The position numbers were made by a program, and so were the translations under genes. Shown in pieces: positions 11,807 through 23,829 of a stretch of 64,000 nt of DNA. Position 1 is the stretch's first letter, and every line of letters starts with the position of its first letter. The DNA comes from Bugula neritina (lineage: Eukaryota > Animalia > Bryozoa). Location of the stretch: NCBI GenBank assembly GCA_964035545.1, contig OZ037769.1:4631929-4695928 (forward strand), written 5' to 3'. The notes under the pieces were generated by a model. It saw only the letters and a program-made list of their open reading frames with translations. It searched no databases and was not told the DNA's origin.

Positions 11807-14019
11807 CCAGCAAGGTGATGATTTCTTATTATTTTCAACGTTTTTAATTATGCTTTTTTATTTTAATCTCAACACAAACAGTAAGCTTTTTTATTTTCAG
11901 CTTTTGGTATAATAAAAATGGCTATACATTTTAATAATGGAGGATGGCTAAGTTTAACTGATATGAAAAACTATCACTAAATCAGACTTCAACTAACTAT
12001 TTGCAAGAAATGTAAGGTTTTAACATGGAAGTTAGTGCACTGCATTTAATATTCCTTAATAAAAATTTGTTGAAGTTAATGTAGCTGATATCTTTTACCA
12101 TAAAACCTTGTGAATCATCAACGCTAAAAATATATAAAAAAACGATGACATTCACTTGTCAAAAATGTAACATTTTAGCGCATCACTGGAAGATATTAGC
12201 TACAATAATAGTTTTTTAAACTTGTTTTAAAGCTAAAAGCTCTACAAGATTTTAGACTTTATCTGAAGGCAGCCTCGCATTCTATTTAAATAGTTTTATG
12301 TTTAAAAAATTTTTTGAAGATTGAAATTTAAAGTATAGTTCTTGAAATATTTCTGAACAATGACCAGCACATCAACTTTAAGAGATTTTCTGTTGTAAAA
12401 TCATAGAGTTATGTTATGTTATGTTATGCTTTTATTTCTCTTTTAGATTCCACCCTTTCCAACAGCTACTAGATACCAGGCAACAAAAACCAACTTGTGG
12501 TTTAAACAGAAAACAGAGTTTAAAGTTGTATCTTATGAATTTATCTGCAGCTATATCTGCAGCTATATCTGCAGCTATCTGCAGTTAGTTGCAGTTATCT
12601 GCAGTATAGTGACATTGCAGAAAAATATAGATTACGCTGATTTATAACATTAATTGTATTTTGTGTTTTTATAAATAGTATTTGTTTTTTTCCTGCTAAT
12701 TAAGTTGCCATGATATGGTAGATTGGTAAAGATTTTACAAAAATGTTGTTACATTAGTTTGCCTGGCTCACTCAAAAATTTTACTTTGTTCATGTTTTAT
12801 ATCAGATATGACTAATGTTTTCTAGTATAACAATATTTGTATCTGTAATGATTTGAATAAATAACGTGTACTTTTAAATTAAAACTTGAACTGAGAAGTA
12901 CTTGCAACCATAAAAGACAATTTCCTAAATAAAATATTGCTCTCAGACTTATAACCAATATTCAAAAGTAATTAAAACAAAATAAAATAATTAAATTAAT
13001 AACCTGAATATAAATTGATAATAAAATTTTTCAAGTACTATACTTTTGCTGCATAAATTATTATCAGGTTATTTTACCACCACAATTATATTTAGAATGC
13101 ATTATGAAATATAAATAATTAATTAATTCAACTTATTGAAAACAGACTACCATAATCATTTTTCGCACAATTCTAGATAAGGATGTTTAGTATCCAGAAC
13201 AGCATAATGTACATAAATCACAAATGTTAATTTATTGCTATACTATCAGTGGGTTTCCACTACTTCACACTATTTGAATAGATTTTTCTTTCTATGTAGG
13301 GGGGGGGGACAGTTGCATTGAATGAAACCATAATCATAAGTTAATGCAACCACAAATTCACAGCATCCTTACGAATCTATTCGATGCAATGGAAACGCAG
13401 CGCATATGCCATCCAAAAACTCGAGAGGTTTTAATAGTTAGCCTTAAAGACAGGTATTGAATTATGAAATTATTTAAAAAAGTAGTATTCCAGGACGCAC
13501 CTGCTAAAATTTGAAAGGCTTGGTGGAATTTAAAATAAGTAAGCTGGGACAGCCAAGTGTTGAAGTGATTTATAAAGTTGAATTTTTTTACACTCGAATA
13601 CTATTAAAAAATAAGCTTAATCATTCAGTTAAACTATACTGACTTTAGTTGTAGTTTAGTTATAGTGCAGGCAAAAAGTCTGAATATTTGGATTTAAAAC
13701 CTAACAATTCAAGTTTTAAGAAATATGGGTTTATTTTGAATTTCAAAGATATTTTTACAGCAAAAAATGTAGCGGAGCAGTAAAATAAACAGTACCTATT
13801 TGAATGTTATTAACATCAGATTTTGCCATCATGTGGTCACTAATCAGTATTTGCTGCCATGGACTTTGTTCCAAAAGAAGCTTTGGCATTGACTCAGCAG
13901 GCTTCTCTCAGTACCCTGGTGTGAGTTTTTTACACAAACATGATTCATTTTTGCCACCAAGAGTTAGGATTGGTTTTAGCTACTTCTATCTTCAAAATTG
14001 AACAAGGGTTTATGATGAT

Positions 14020-14446
14020 ATTAAGCTCCTGAGCTGACCAATGCTTGTATTTATGACAGAACCCAGACGGTTGGCAATCAGTGGCTCACAAGCTAGTTTA
14101 TAAGCTTTGAGTTTCAATTTGTTTTAAGCATGATGTTTAATTGTTTGAGCTGACACTTTCCAAGTTAAATTCAATGGTGAGACATCATGTGGTAATGCAA
14201 TGGTTGGGCCTTTGGTCACCAGACCCCAAATCTTGCGGAGAGTGTTTGGGCTGACCTTAGTTGGCCTACCATTCCAAGTTTAGCTTTTGCAATCAGGACT
14301 GAGAAACCCATTCTTGATTTTGCTTATTATGTCTTAGACACAGCTCCTTTAGATACTCTAGGCTGCTTTACATTTTCTGTCTGTTTCAAGCCTCTCATAT
14401 TCATTCGCTCTAAAACTGCACTTTTCTTCAGCGAAAGCTCACCCAA
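14020..14446 (-). pseudogene. Degenerate Tc1/mariner transposase N-terminal fragment
   Basis: Minus-strand translation with stops and frameshifts: GLKQTENVKQPRVSKGAVSKT (HTH), GRPTKVSPNTLRKI (GRPR-like), VSAQTIKHH...LKLKAYKLACEPL, RLG/FCHKYKHW. These match the usual Tc1 DNA-binding and linker layout. Confidence 0.65.
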
Positions 14447-15029
14447 TGTTTAGCTGTTCCCTCCAAAAAAAAGGGTTATACACTATGTAAAACCCAAAGT
14501 CATGATAGATTGCCTTTTTAATGCGTAGACTAATAAAATAGAAATATATGCAATGAAAACACATCTCTAAATCTAGCTATAGGGCACATTAAATCTGACC
14601 AACAGTTCAAATCTTGTTTATAAGTGAAATATTCCAGTCTTTTAGCCGGCACTGTAAGTTTTTATCAAGATTATTCTTCTTTAAACTTTTCTTTAATAAT
14701 TATTAAATTGACAAAAACAAATAAATTAGTTTAAATCCCACCACACTAGTAGACCCTTTAATTACTTTGTTTTTAAGAAACCAGACACATAGTGAGTTGA
14801 GAAAATTAGCCCTGCCTATAAATCTAAATAAATATTTAGTACCAGGATCTACTAAGGATATTCATGCTATAAATTTATTTAATTATTGGTTAATCAAATA
14901 GTTTATGGGTATTAAATATAAGGCGCAGCATCAAAGATTCCCACAACTTACTCTAAAATAAAAGAGGTTGAATGCAATTTTACAATACGCTATTTCTCTG
15001 CACTAAAAGCTGTGATGACAGTACTCCAA

Positions 15030-18000
15030 CCAATTTAATCACAGTAGTCCCATAATTCCACACAGAGTATGCAATTATTGTTGTTTTAGAAAAGAACACC
15101 CATTTGACTACAACTGTCGTAAAACAAGAGAACCTTTTAAAAGGGCAGAAGAGATATTCAGCTTGCAATTTATATAAAAACTGGATGCAGGACTTCATTT
15201 ACTTAAGGTGATGACCTGAACTATGTTACCAACTTTGTAGTTAATGACTTCGCAGAAACAGGAATTACCTTGACTACCTTTAGTCTTTAGAGTAGAGTTT
15301 ATAAGCATGTTTTACAAGAAAGTATAAATATAGCTCTCTCTCCATGAGTAGGCAAGTGTAGATATAGGTCACATTTTTCCCTTATAGTTTGCTACAAGGC
15401 AGCGTTTTATACAACTAGATAATATATTTAGAATCCATTATTATATTATGTTCCGTGGCCTCAGTATTTGAGCACTCATTCCCTGATAGCTTACAAGGTG
15501 GTGCTGCCATTTGCAACAACAAAGAAGTTGAAGTAGAACATTCTTTCTCATTTAAAACTGGCTAATTATGAAAAAGAGATTATTGAAACTATATAAACTA
15601 AGTTGCTATCTGTTGGAAAATAACCGTAAGAACACCCATTTATCATCTTTTAGCTACTAATGTATAGGATTGTCGGAACTTTTTGCACCAGCTGCGAGAC
15701 AGAAAGAATTAAAACCAGGAAAACATTTCTAACTGTACTATAAGCATATATTTTATGTGACCATTTATAATTGTAATGTTGATGCCATCAGCTAATAACT
15801 TATTAAAATAGTGTTGATAACTAACTATAAAGTACTCATTTAAAAGTTTTAAGCTAATAATGTTTTGGATTATCACAGAATATTCTGATTTACGGGCTCC
15901 TCTCTTAGTACTGGCTGGTAGGATAGAGGATGACCAGGATAGATTTACCAGCTGCGCTGTATATAATATGTATAATATATTTATTATGTTGTAAGCTTTA
16001 TATATATATTAATTCCTTTTTATACTACCGGGTACTACTTGAATACGGTAATTGCACAATTTTATCAATTAATTTAAAGTATTGTTATAAAATAAAAATG
16101 AGCAATTAGTTACATTCAAAACTTTGTTATACTTGAATAGAAAATTGTGTATTTACTTACTAATAATAATGTTATATATTGTGGTGATTTGAGTTTCATG
16201 GATAACCTATTACAAAAAGATCATCCATATGGTATATGCTACGTATGTTCATTGTAGCTACAAATTTTTCATCATACAAACTATTATTTTTAACCTTTCT
16301 ATTGCTGGTTATAAGCGGGTATATAGCCAGACTTTTTACAAGTTCACATGTTTTTGGTCTGCACTGTCATTACAAACTGTTAGCCATTTGCATCTTTTTG
16401 TTCAAGTGCTTTGTAAAACAATTCATGTATTAATAAACTACTATATTAATAATTTAAATTACAAAACCATTTTTTAGTTACATCTGATTGAAGGCCGGGA
16501 TGAGAAATCCCACTTAGAACGTATCTATAAATTCAACAGTTATGATCAAGTTGCTATGTTGATGATGGCGTCTGACAATTGACTTAGGCCTCAGGCTATC
16601 AGCTAAATACTTAATACTAATACTCCGTAGCGATTCAACCTATAACTGTTATAACCCAACACCCTGATATGTTTGGCCTCCCCACCATCATTCTATCATT
16701 ACAATGTTGTTATAATAATTTGCATTATGTGTATACTCTGTAGCATCAGTTATAGTAATTACATGTAGCCTACAAGTAGCCTAAACTTATATTATTTGAA
16801 AATTATTATCAGAAAAAATATAGTTCACCAATTTACAAGAGGTTCAATTCAACTCGGATAAAATAAAAATCAGCAAATTAAGTAACAATGCTAATTATGC
16901 TACATATTCAAAACATAATATTATGCATATAAACCAAAGTATAGGAAAAACAAAATTTGCAGAGCACTTGACAGAAAACATAATGCTACCATTACTTTTT
17001 GTCTAATTAACAATGTTTGTTCCTAACAATTTATTCAATAAAACAAAATCATGGAATGTTTTCTGGAATTTTCTAGAATAGTGGCAGGTATTTAGGCATG
17101 AGAATACCCTACTGCTACTTTGGTACAAAAAGGTGAAGTTGTTCAGGGTCTTCTCTAATTGTAGAAGCGAGTATCGGTATGCCCGCCCTCATCAGCTCAG
17201 CAGCAACAGACACCATAGGATCCCAGGCCAGACTCGCAACAGCTATACATTTGTCATCTCTAAAAACATGACTATAATACAAGTGTGGTATGGTATAGAC
17301 TATAGCGTATAGTGTGACAATATAAACCACACTGTGCTCAATATTTTTATTGGCAAACAATGTTACATTAGTTTTAAATTGCAGGTCTCAAGTATTCCAA
17401 CTGTGAACCATGACATTGCCAATGACAGCGGATACTGCTTGTAACGTTGAAGCTATAGTTTTGCACAAATAACATAGCATCTCTGCCCTAGCTTACTAGG
17501 AAATGTATAGTAAGATTTCTGCATTCTCGTGGACTAACTAAGTTGATTGGAAAATTGGAATATCAATGATGGCAAAATTCTACAAGCCGCAAGTGAATAA
17601 ATAATCCAACAGTGAAACTTGTAAGGAAAATATAGAGTAGTATTCAAAGTAACCTGATGAATAAACCAGCATAGTAATGAGAACACAACAAGAACACTGG
17701 GCAAACAAATAAGTTACCTTTAAATTTTACATCCTTTTAATAAAACTTGTAAACAATAAGTAAAAAAAGAGTAAATACCTGACAAAAAAAGCCACAAACT
17801 TGGAGGATTCGCCATGGAATACAATTTCATCTTCTTTTGCTTTACCAAAACCTTCAAAAGTAGAAAAATGATTAAATAGTTTCATTGAAATCAAAGCTAG
17901 TAGAGTAGGCATCATGGAACCTTTCCAACAGGATTATTCCAGGAATTCACTCCGTTTGAGATATTAAAACAGATATGAAATATATTCGATATCTAAGGAT

Positions 18001-19121
18001 ACTAACAAAACTTGACAAAACATTAAATTCTATAACATTGATATGTCATATTAGGATATAAAAATATAGAGTCATACAAATTCCATTATCATTACAATAT
18101 TTTTATGATCATCACAATGATTGATTGTCATACAGCTACATAGTATTCCAGCATACTATATAGAAAAATGGACTTGAAGCATGCCCAGCTATACCAGAAT
18201 TAAACTTTCTCATGTTGAAACTAACTAGCAATACCTTATAATAAAGGTTGCTCTTTATTAATGAAGGCAAGTTTTATGCAAGAGTGATATTGAAGCTTGA
18301 ACACACGACTCCCAACATAACAAATGTAAAGTAAAAGAAAAAAACTAGTTTGAAAATGATACATATAAATAATGAATATAAAATAAATATATAAAAAATA
18401 AATAAATAAATATAAATACAAATTTACCTATAAAAGAGGAGCCCACAATGACCACATTCTTGCCCTTAGATTGGTTCGCTATTTCATTAGCCTCGGCGGG
18501 TGTGCGCAGGTAGAATACGTCTTTACTGAATGTGTTGGTACCGGGTTTGTCTAAAGTGATAGGTCGACTGCCGGTGCATATGGCAGCTTGGTCATACTCT
18601 ACGGTGTAGTCCGTCCACTCTCGCCCTCTGAACACCATGTGGTTCATATCTGTGTCCACTGAGAATGCCTGGATTAACGTATTGCATTACGTAATAACGT
18701 AACGTAGCACATTTACCACTTTCTCCGTTACAACAGCGCAAATAATCATCATACAAGATACATAGAAATAGTTTAATAAACTTCTGTAGACAAATGTGAC
18801 ATTACAATATATATTTTATCAACTTCTACAGTAAAAAATATTTAGTCATAACAATATTAAAAAAAAGAGACCATTAATTAATATAAACATAAGTTAAAAT
18901 AAACGACATGGATTTATCTGTGTGCAACAGCTTCCAGTCAAGCCAATTCAATCACAATAGCCCAATAAGTTCACACAAAATATGCAATTATTGTTGTTTT
19001 AAAAAAACACCCACTTTACTGCAACTGTGGTTAAACAAGAGAGCCTTTTAAAAAGGGCAGAAAAAACATTAAGTTTGCAATCTATATAAAAACCGGATGC
19101 AGGACTTCATGTACTTAATCT
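15030..19121 (-). pseudogene. AIFM3-like partial duplicate, unit 1
   Basis: Full-length exon copies at 18668-18428, 17851-17779 and 17259-17115, plus 3' flank. Near-identical to 41669-41429, 37218-37146 and 36625-36481; the four intervening exons are deleted. Confidence 0.85.
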
Positions 19122-19159
19122 CATACCAAAGTTGACTGTACTTGCTTTACAGGTAATAT

Positions 19160-19512
19160 TGTAGTAATTTGTGCAATTACTGTGCGTGAGTTATCTACTT
19201 GCGTATACTTAGTTGGCTATTCTACTAGCAATTACTAGGGTAGCTGTCGAGTAATTATGTTTATTATCCACAATAAAATACAAAGCAAACATTACATCAA
19301 ATTATCCTATACATCAGTCAACTACTAACACATGTTTCTACTTCAAGCCTCCGCTTACAACAACGTGATCAAATGTCAATAGCCCGGGAAGTGTCACGTG
19401 AGTCGGAAGCATATCTTCCGGTGCTGCTAATTGGTTGCTACATAGGGACCTTAGTATTCCCAGAACGGAGAGAGGGCGATTCCCGTATTTGTACTTTGCA
19501 TGACTCACTACA
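19160..19512 (-). repeat. 3' LTR (353 bp)
   Basis: Inverted termini TGTAGT/ACTACA, adjacent PPT, and a minus-strand AATAAA at 19260-19265. Confidence 0.8.
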
Positions 19513-19813
19513 CCGCCCCCCCCAGCAGAAAGCCCTACTTTCTGATAACACAATACAAAAAAAACACATATAAAGAAAAACAATACAATAATCCAAAAAG
19601 AAAAACATACATAAGTAAACCCACAAAAAGGAAGAAGAGAAATAGTTGAGTACGACAACATTTATATACAGAAGTAAACAGGGTGATCGAACACACACAT
19701 CTAGTCAGCTATAAAGAGAGAGGGTGCTTACCAGCACGCGGGCCAATGTCGGAGCACTCGTCACTTTCCAGACGAAAATACAGCTCAACAAAAGGTGCCT
19801 ACCCCAGGCATAC

Positions 19814-20870
19814 TCATTGGGTGGACTCTGACTCTTGTAGCGAGCGTGCTCTGTGTCGAGCCTGTCGGGCACGTAGCCGCCTCTTCAGTCGCCCCACTGA
19901 GTCCTTCAGCTGGTATAGACCTGTCGTCGTATTCAGCAGGTCAGGGGCAAGTTGCGTGAACTCGGCTTGTAGTTTTACAAACCGCTCTTCTACACTAGCC
20001 AATCGGCTAGGCCTTGGTGGAGTTGTAGCAGTCTCTGATATTGGGGGTATTGTCGTTCCTTCTGATTCGGGGGTGTTGCTAGGGTTGACGGGGGTAGGAG
20101 ACGGGCCCTGAACCATAGGGGACTTATGGCGGGCGGCTAACAACAGTACTTGGAATCCTGACGCTAGTGCGGCCAGGGTGATAGCCTTCTTGATGACTGG
20201 CTTGATGGTGTCTAGGTACTGGGGGAAACTGTCCTCATCAACAATATGGCCCTCTCCGGCGAAGCAGCTCAATTTGTGGACGATCACAGGATACGGGTAT
20301 ACATCGTGGAACCCGCATGGGCAGAAATGGAGTAGAAAATGGGCGTCTACATGCAGACGCAGGGAGCGGTGTGACGGGCACTCCTCGAAGCAGACCTGGC
20401 AGGTCCGGTGGGGTCCGCTGGGTCCCCAGGCTTCCTCAATCCTCCTTTCCGTCGTGGGTGACACCCAGCGGTGTCGTCGACAAAGCACTACGGGTAAGCC
20501 ATTCTCCATTACAGGCTCTTCTTCCATAGGTAGAGGGGTTGGCTGGTCCCGTGACCGGGAGGTGGTCACTCGAGTGTGATCTGAAAGAGTAGCAGTGTTA
20601 AAAATTATACACTGAGGTACTGCCGGCGTGTACAGCCTGACAGGTACTCTGTTCAGTTACACTCGTGAGATTCAGACTAATGAATAGTTGATGGAGAACA
20701 CACTCGCTATGGCAGATTATTTAAAATCAAAGTCGACGTGTGTTCCCACCACTGTTTTTCATTATCGAATCTCCAGCTTGCTACTGGTGTAGCTAAAGCT
20801 GGCTGATGCAGTCTAGTTCCCGTACCAAAAACATAATTAACTCACCCTTCGATCCAGAATAGTAAGACAT
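19814..20870 (-). CDS. Spliced accessory gene of the retroelement: C2H2 zinc finger plus coiled-coil protein (263 aa)
   Basis: Exon 1 20870-20846 (ATG TCT TAC TAT TCT GGA TCG AAG G|gtgagt), intron 20845-20581 (ends ctctttcag), exon 2 20580-19814 in matching phase. Contains C-x2-C-x12-H-x3-H (CQVCFEECPSHRSLRLHVDAH), a second CPC..H..C cluster and a heptad-like basic C-terminus. Confidence 0.72.
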
Positions 20871-21264
20871 TTTGGAATGAGAGCGGTAAATGATTACTGT
20901 TTAGTGGCACGTCTACTCTTGACTGCATCAACGTAGGAAAAGACCGGACAGCGTGGTTGTGAAGCGTGACTAGGGCTTTTCACTTCCAGCGGATGAATCT
21001 CGTGTGTGATTCCGCCGAGGCAAAAGTTGAGATTTCCGTGGTGTTCACAACTCCCACGTCTCTTTGCCTGTTTTCCCAGGCGAAACCTCGCTAGACCTTT
21101 GTAACTGCCGCTTGTACCGCAGTCACGTACAAAGTCTCCGAGACACGCTGGGGGTTGCCTAGTGTGTGGTCCTAGAGGCGTCGTCACTGTGGGAGGCGGT
21201 GTGCTCACCCGTGGATTGTTATGTCTCACGGGTGGTTTTTCCAGCCTGTTTGTGACGGTTGTTC

Positions 21265-23349
21265 CTACGTTGGTATCTCCGTACGGAGCCCCTCCCACGG
21301 GGGTTTTTGCACTTCCGGACCCGTTTCCGGTTCCGGAAGTGGTGGTGATGGCAGGCTTGACGTTGGGGGTGGTGGGCGAACTTTCAAGGACGGAAGTGGC
21401 CTTTCTTGCCTCGCCAAGTCTTCCTGAGGTGTCATGGGGGTGTTTCCGGCCAGGACGACAGTCTCCGCTTGCCAAGACCTTCTCGCACAATGCGTCTGCC
21501 GCCCCGCTTCACCAGGGAGACGGCTATGCTTGTTGGTCTGGCAGACTTCGCACCGTCTCACTTTGCGCCGGATATCCCGCTCCATGTTGGGCCAGTACCA
21601 CCAGAGTTGTAGCTTGGTGACCACCCCCTGGACTCCTCCGTGAGTCTGCTCGTGGGTGTCTTGTATCAACTCCCGGCGGATGGCAGCTAAGCAGACGATC
21701 CTCTTCCTGGCTGGTTGTCTGTTGTTGGCGGCCAAGGTCATGGTCAGCAGACCATCTGGCCCGACCCGCAGGGAGTTCCAACGTTGACAGTACAGCCGTA
21801 ACTCAGCGCATCCCTGTCGCCGTTGTCTACCACTGGGTCGTCGCCCTTCCTGTTTCGCTCGGTACACGTCGGCTACCACCCCAAGAAGGCTTTCCTGGAG
21901 TTTCGGCAGCTCCCTGACGTTACCAGCCCATACAGGTTTGGCGCGGAGGCTCTGGACAGCCTCCGGGGGCGTGTCAGCCCTCTGTTGGAGTTGGCCCGAG
22001 TTCCGTGGGGGAACTCTGCTCCTCTCCTTCGAGCCCAACCTCCTCGTGGGCTGCTGAGCAGGGGCGGTCTTCGCCGCCCGTGGTACCTCACGACGGCCTG
22101 CTCTATTTAGGCGGGCATCGTGGTCTGTGTGGCGGGGCGCCTCACTGTACCCATGTGGCAACCTAGCCATAGCCTGGCGCTTTCCGTTGCCTGCGTAGCC
22201 ACGCGTCCTTGGAAGATGGGAGGCGTGGGTGGGGACGGTCCTCCGCCCTTGAGACGGGCTCTGCTGAGGACCTTCCGTCGTAGCTCCCGACGACGGCCCA
22301 ATGGCTTCCTCCTGGACAGGATGGAAGCGGCCCAGCATGGACCTGGGTGGTAGGTCTACCGTCTCTGAGGAGGGGTTGACGCACTGCACTGAGATCTCTC
22401 CTTGTCCCGTAAGCCGGCTAAAGCTATGGGCAAGTTGGATTCTTGAGTGCGTACTTTCGACAACTCCCAACTTAGAGGTTTGGCCACCGTCTACTTTGCA
22501 GCGGACGGTAGCCCGGGAGTGGCCTGGTATCGTACAGCTCCGTACTACCTGCACTGCTCCCGCTAGAGGACGACCAAACTTATCGACACAAGCGAGCTCC
22601 CTGTCGCCCATGATCATCGCAGATTTACTGAAATCGATGCGACATCCGTGTCGTTGTAAGAATGGCATCCCGAGGATAGCACCCTCGTTGAGCTGCCCGA
22701 CGATAAACGTCTCTTGGATGGCCTGGTTACGGATGTAACCAGTCAGCTCAATAATGCCGTAGAAGGGAATGCACGACCCGTCTGCCAGGGTGCCATGATC
22801 CCCCTCATACGGTGCCAACCCGTCCTTGACCTTAGCGCTGAGGGTGTCAAAGAATTGACGGCTAAGGAGGTTGGTGGTGCAGCCTGAGTCCAGAAGGAAG
22901 TTGGCAGGCTTGCAGGCTAGCTTTCCTGGCAGGAAGTAGCTACTTTCGTGTGGCTGCAGCTGTGTGTGCCGTGGTTGCACCTCCCTCGCTGTGGGTCGAG
23001 GGGTCCACGGTTGGCGACGACTATTGACCAGCTGCCGAGGTTGGGGCGGTACGCCTTGCGGCGCCTGTACCGTTTCCCTCGCAGGCTCTGAGATCAACTG
23101 TCTGCCGGATCCGTGTTGGTGTTGGAGTGGCGTAGAGGACCCAGGCAACGAGTGGCTTGAGCCTACTTGCCGCGGGGGTCGCCACTTCACAGCATCTCCG
23201 CGCGGCGCCCAGCGGGGCGGCAGACGCGCGGTCCTCCCTGGGTGATTTACAGGCGGCCCGCAGGAGGTGGGAACATCTGCGGGCCGTGGTAGTTTAACCC
23301 TTGTTGGAGTTGAGGGCAGTTCTTCTGGAAATGTCCTGGCCTTCCGCAT
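21265..23349 (-). CDS. Internally deleted Gypsy pol ORF (aspartic protease plus integrase zinc-binding domain only)
   Basis: Protease motifs FLLDSGC and ILGMPFL. Integrase zinc-binding segment THEQTHGG...YWPNM...CEVCQ. No YxDD, RNase H or DDE core visible. Overlaps gag in the -1 frame near GGGTTAAAC. Confidence 0.8.
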   Translation of the reverse strand: MRKARTFPEELPSTPTRVKLPRPADVPTSCGPPVNHPGRTARLPPRWAPRGDAVKWRPPRQVGSSHSLPGSSTPLQHQHGSGRQLISEPARETVQAPQGVPPQPRQLVNSRRQPWTPRPTAREVQPRHTQLQPHESSYFLPGKLACKPANFLLDSGCTTNLLSRQFFDTLSAKVKDGLAPYEGDHGTLADGSCIPFYGIIELTGYIRNQAIQETFIVGQLNEGAILGMPFLQRHGCRIDFSKSAMIMGDRELACVDKFGRPLAGAVQVVRSCTIPGHSRATVRCKVDGGQTSKLGVVESTHSRIQLAHSFSRLTGQGEISVQCVNPSSETVDLPPRSMLGRFHPVQEEAIGPSSGATTEGPQQSPSQGRRTVPTHASHLPRTRGYAGNGKRQAMARLPHGYSEAPRHTDHDARLNRAGRREVPRAAKTAPAQQPTRRLGSKERSRVPPRNSGQLQQRADTPPEAVQSLRAKPVWAGNVRELPKLQESLLGVVADVYRAKQEGRRPSGRQRRQGCAELRLYCQRWNSLRVGPDGLLTMTLAANNRQPARKRIVCLAAIRRELIQDTHEQTHGGVQGVVTKLQLWWYWPNMERDIRRKVRRCEVCQTNKHSRLPGEAGRQTHCARRSWQAETVVLAGNTPMTPQEDLARQERPLPSLKVRPPPPTSSLPSPPLPEPETGPEVQKPPWEGLRTEIPT

Positions 23350-23829
23350 CCCCAGCAGAAGTTATGCCCCATGCCTGGTGATTGTACCTGCGGCCCGCAA
23401 GGCTCACGGGCGGTATCTACCTGGCTTGGGGGAGCTAATGCGGCGACCAGTTTATCTAGCATGTCAGTCATCTGTGCGACTTTTGATGCTAGTGACATCT
23501 GGTTCACATTAGCCACAGCGGAGGGTTCCGCATTGGGTTCAGTATGAGCAGTAGTGTGCTCCGTGGCCAACTGGCGGGAGGCCACGCGGTTGCGGTGCAT
23601 ATGAGTCGCCATGAGGTAGGCTTCTCCCACCGCAAGTGCATCCTCGACCGTGGTGACTCCCCTCGCTTGGAATTGATGGTGGAGCCCCAAGTCGTTGATG
23701 GACTGCACGAAGGCATCATAAGTATACCTCTCACGGTGTACTTGAGGCAGATCGCGGAACGCGATCTGCGCTAGTGGGTACACCGTGGCAGCGTGCTCCT
23801 GTAGCGACGTGTGAGGATCACTGTGACCA
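23247..23829 (-). CDS. gag C-terminal part with CCHC zinc knuckle (5'-truncated)
   Basis: Zinc knuckle CWGCGRPGHFQKNC and capsid-like AFVQSINDLGLHHQF. The ORF start in the track (23909) lies in host DNA beyond the insertion boundary. Confidence 0.8.

Larger units (their letters stand above)
19160..23829 (-). mobile_element. Non-autonomous Ty3/Gypsy-like LTR retrotransposon, 5'-truncated (3' LTR only)
   Basis: GC-rich insert. LTR 19160-19512 with TGTAGT...ACTACA termini, polypurine tract GGGGGGGGCGG (minus, 19513-19523), gag and pol-like ORFs, and ATAT on both flanks (19156-19159 and 23830-23833). An empty site exists at about 28940. Confidence 0.88.

Noticed and set aside
12543-12605. Short TATCTGCAGC tandem repeat
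   Set aside because: Small slippage repeat with no evident function.
19683-23774. Many plus-strand and alternative-frame ORFs inside the retroelement
   Set aside because: Shadow ORFs expected in GC-rich coding DNA, with no recognisable motifs.
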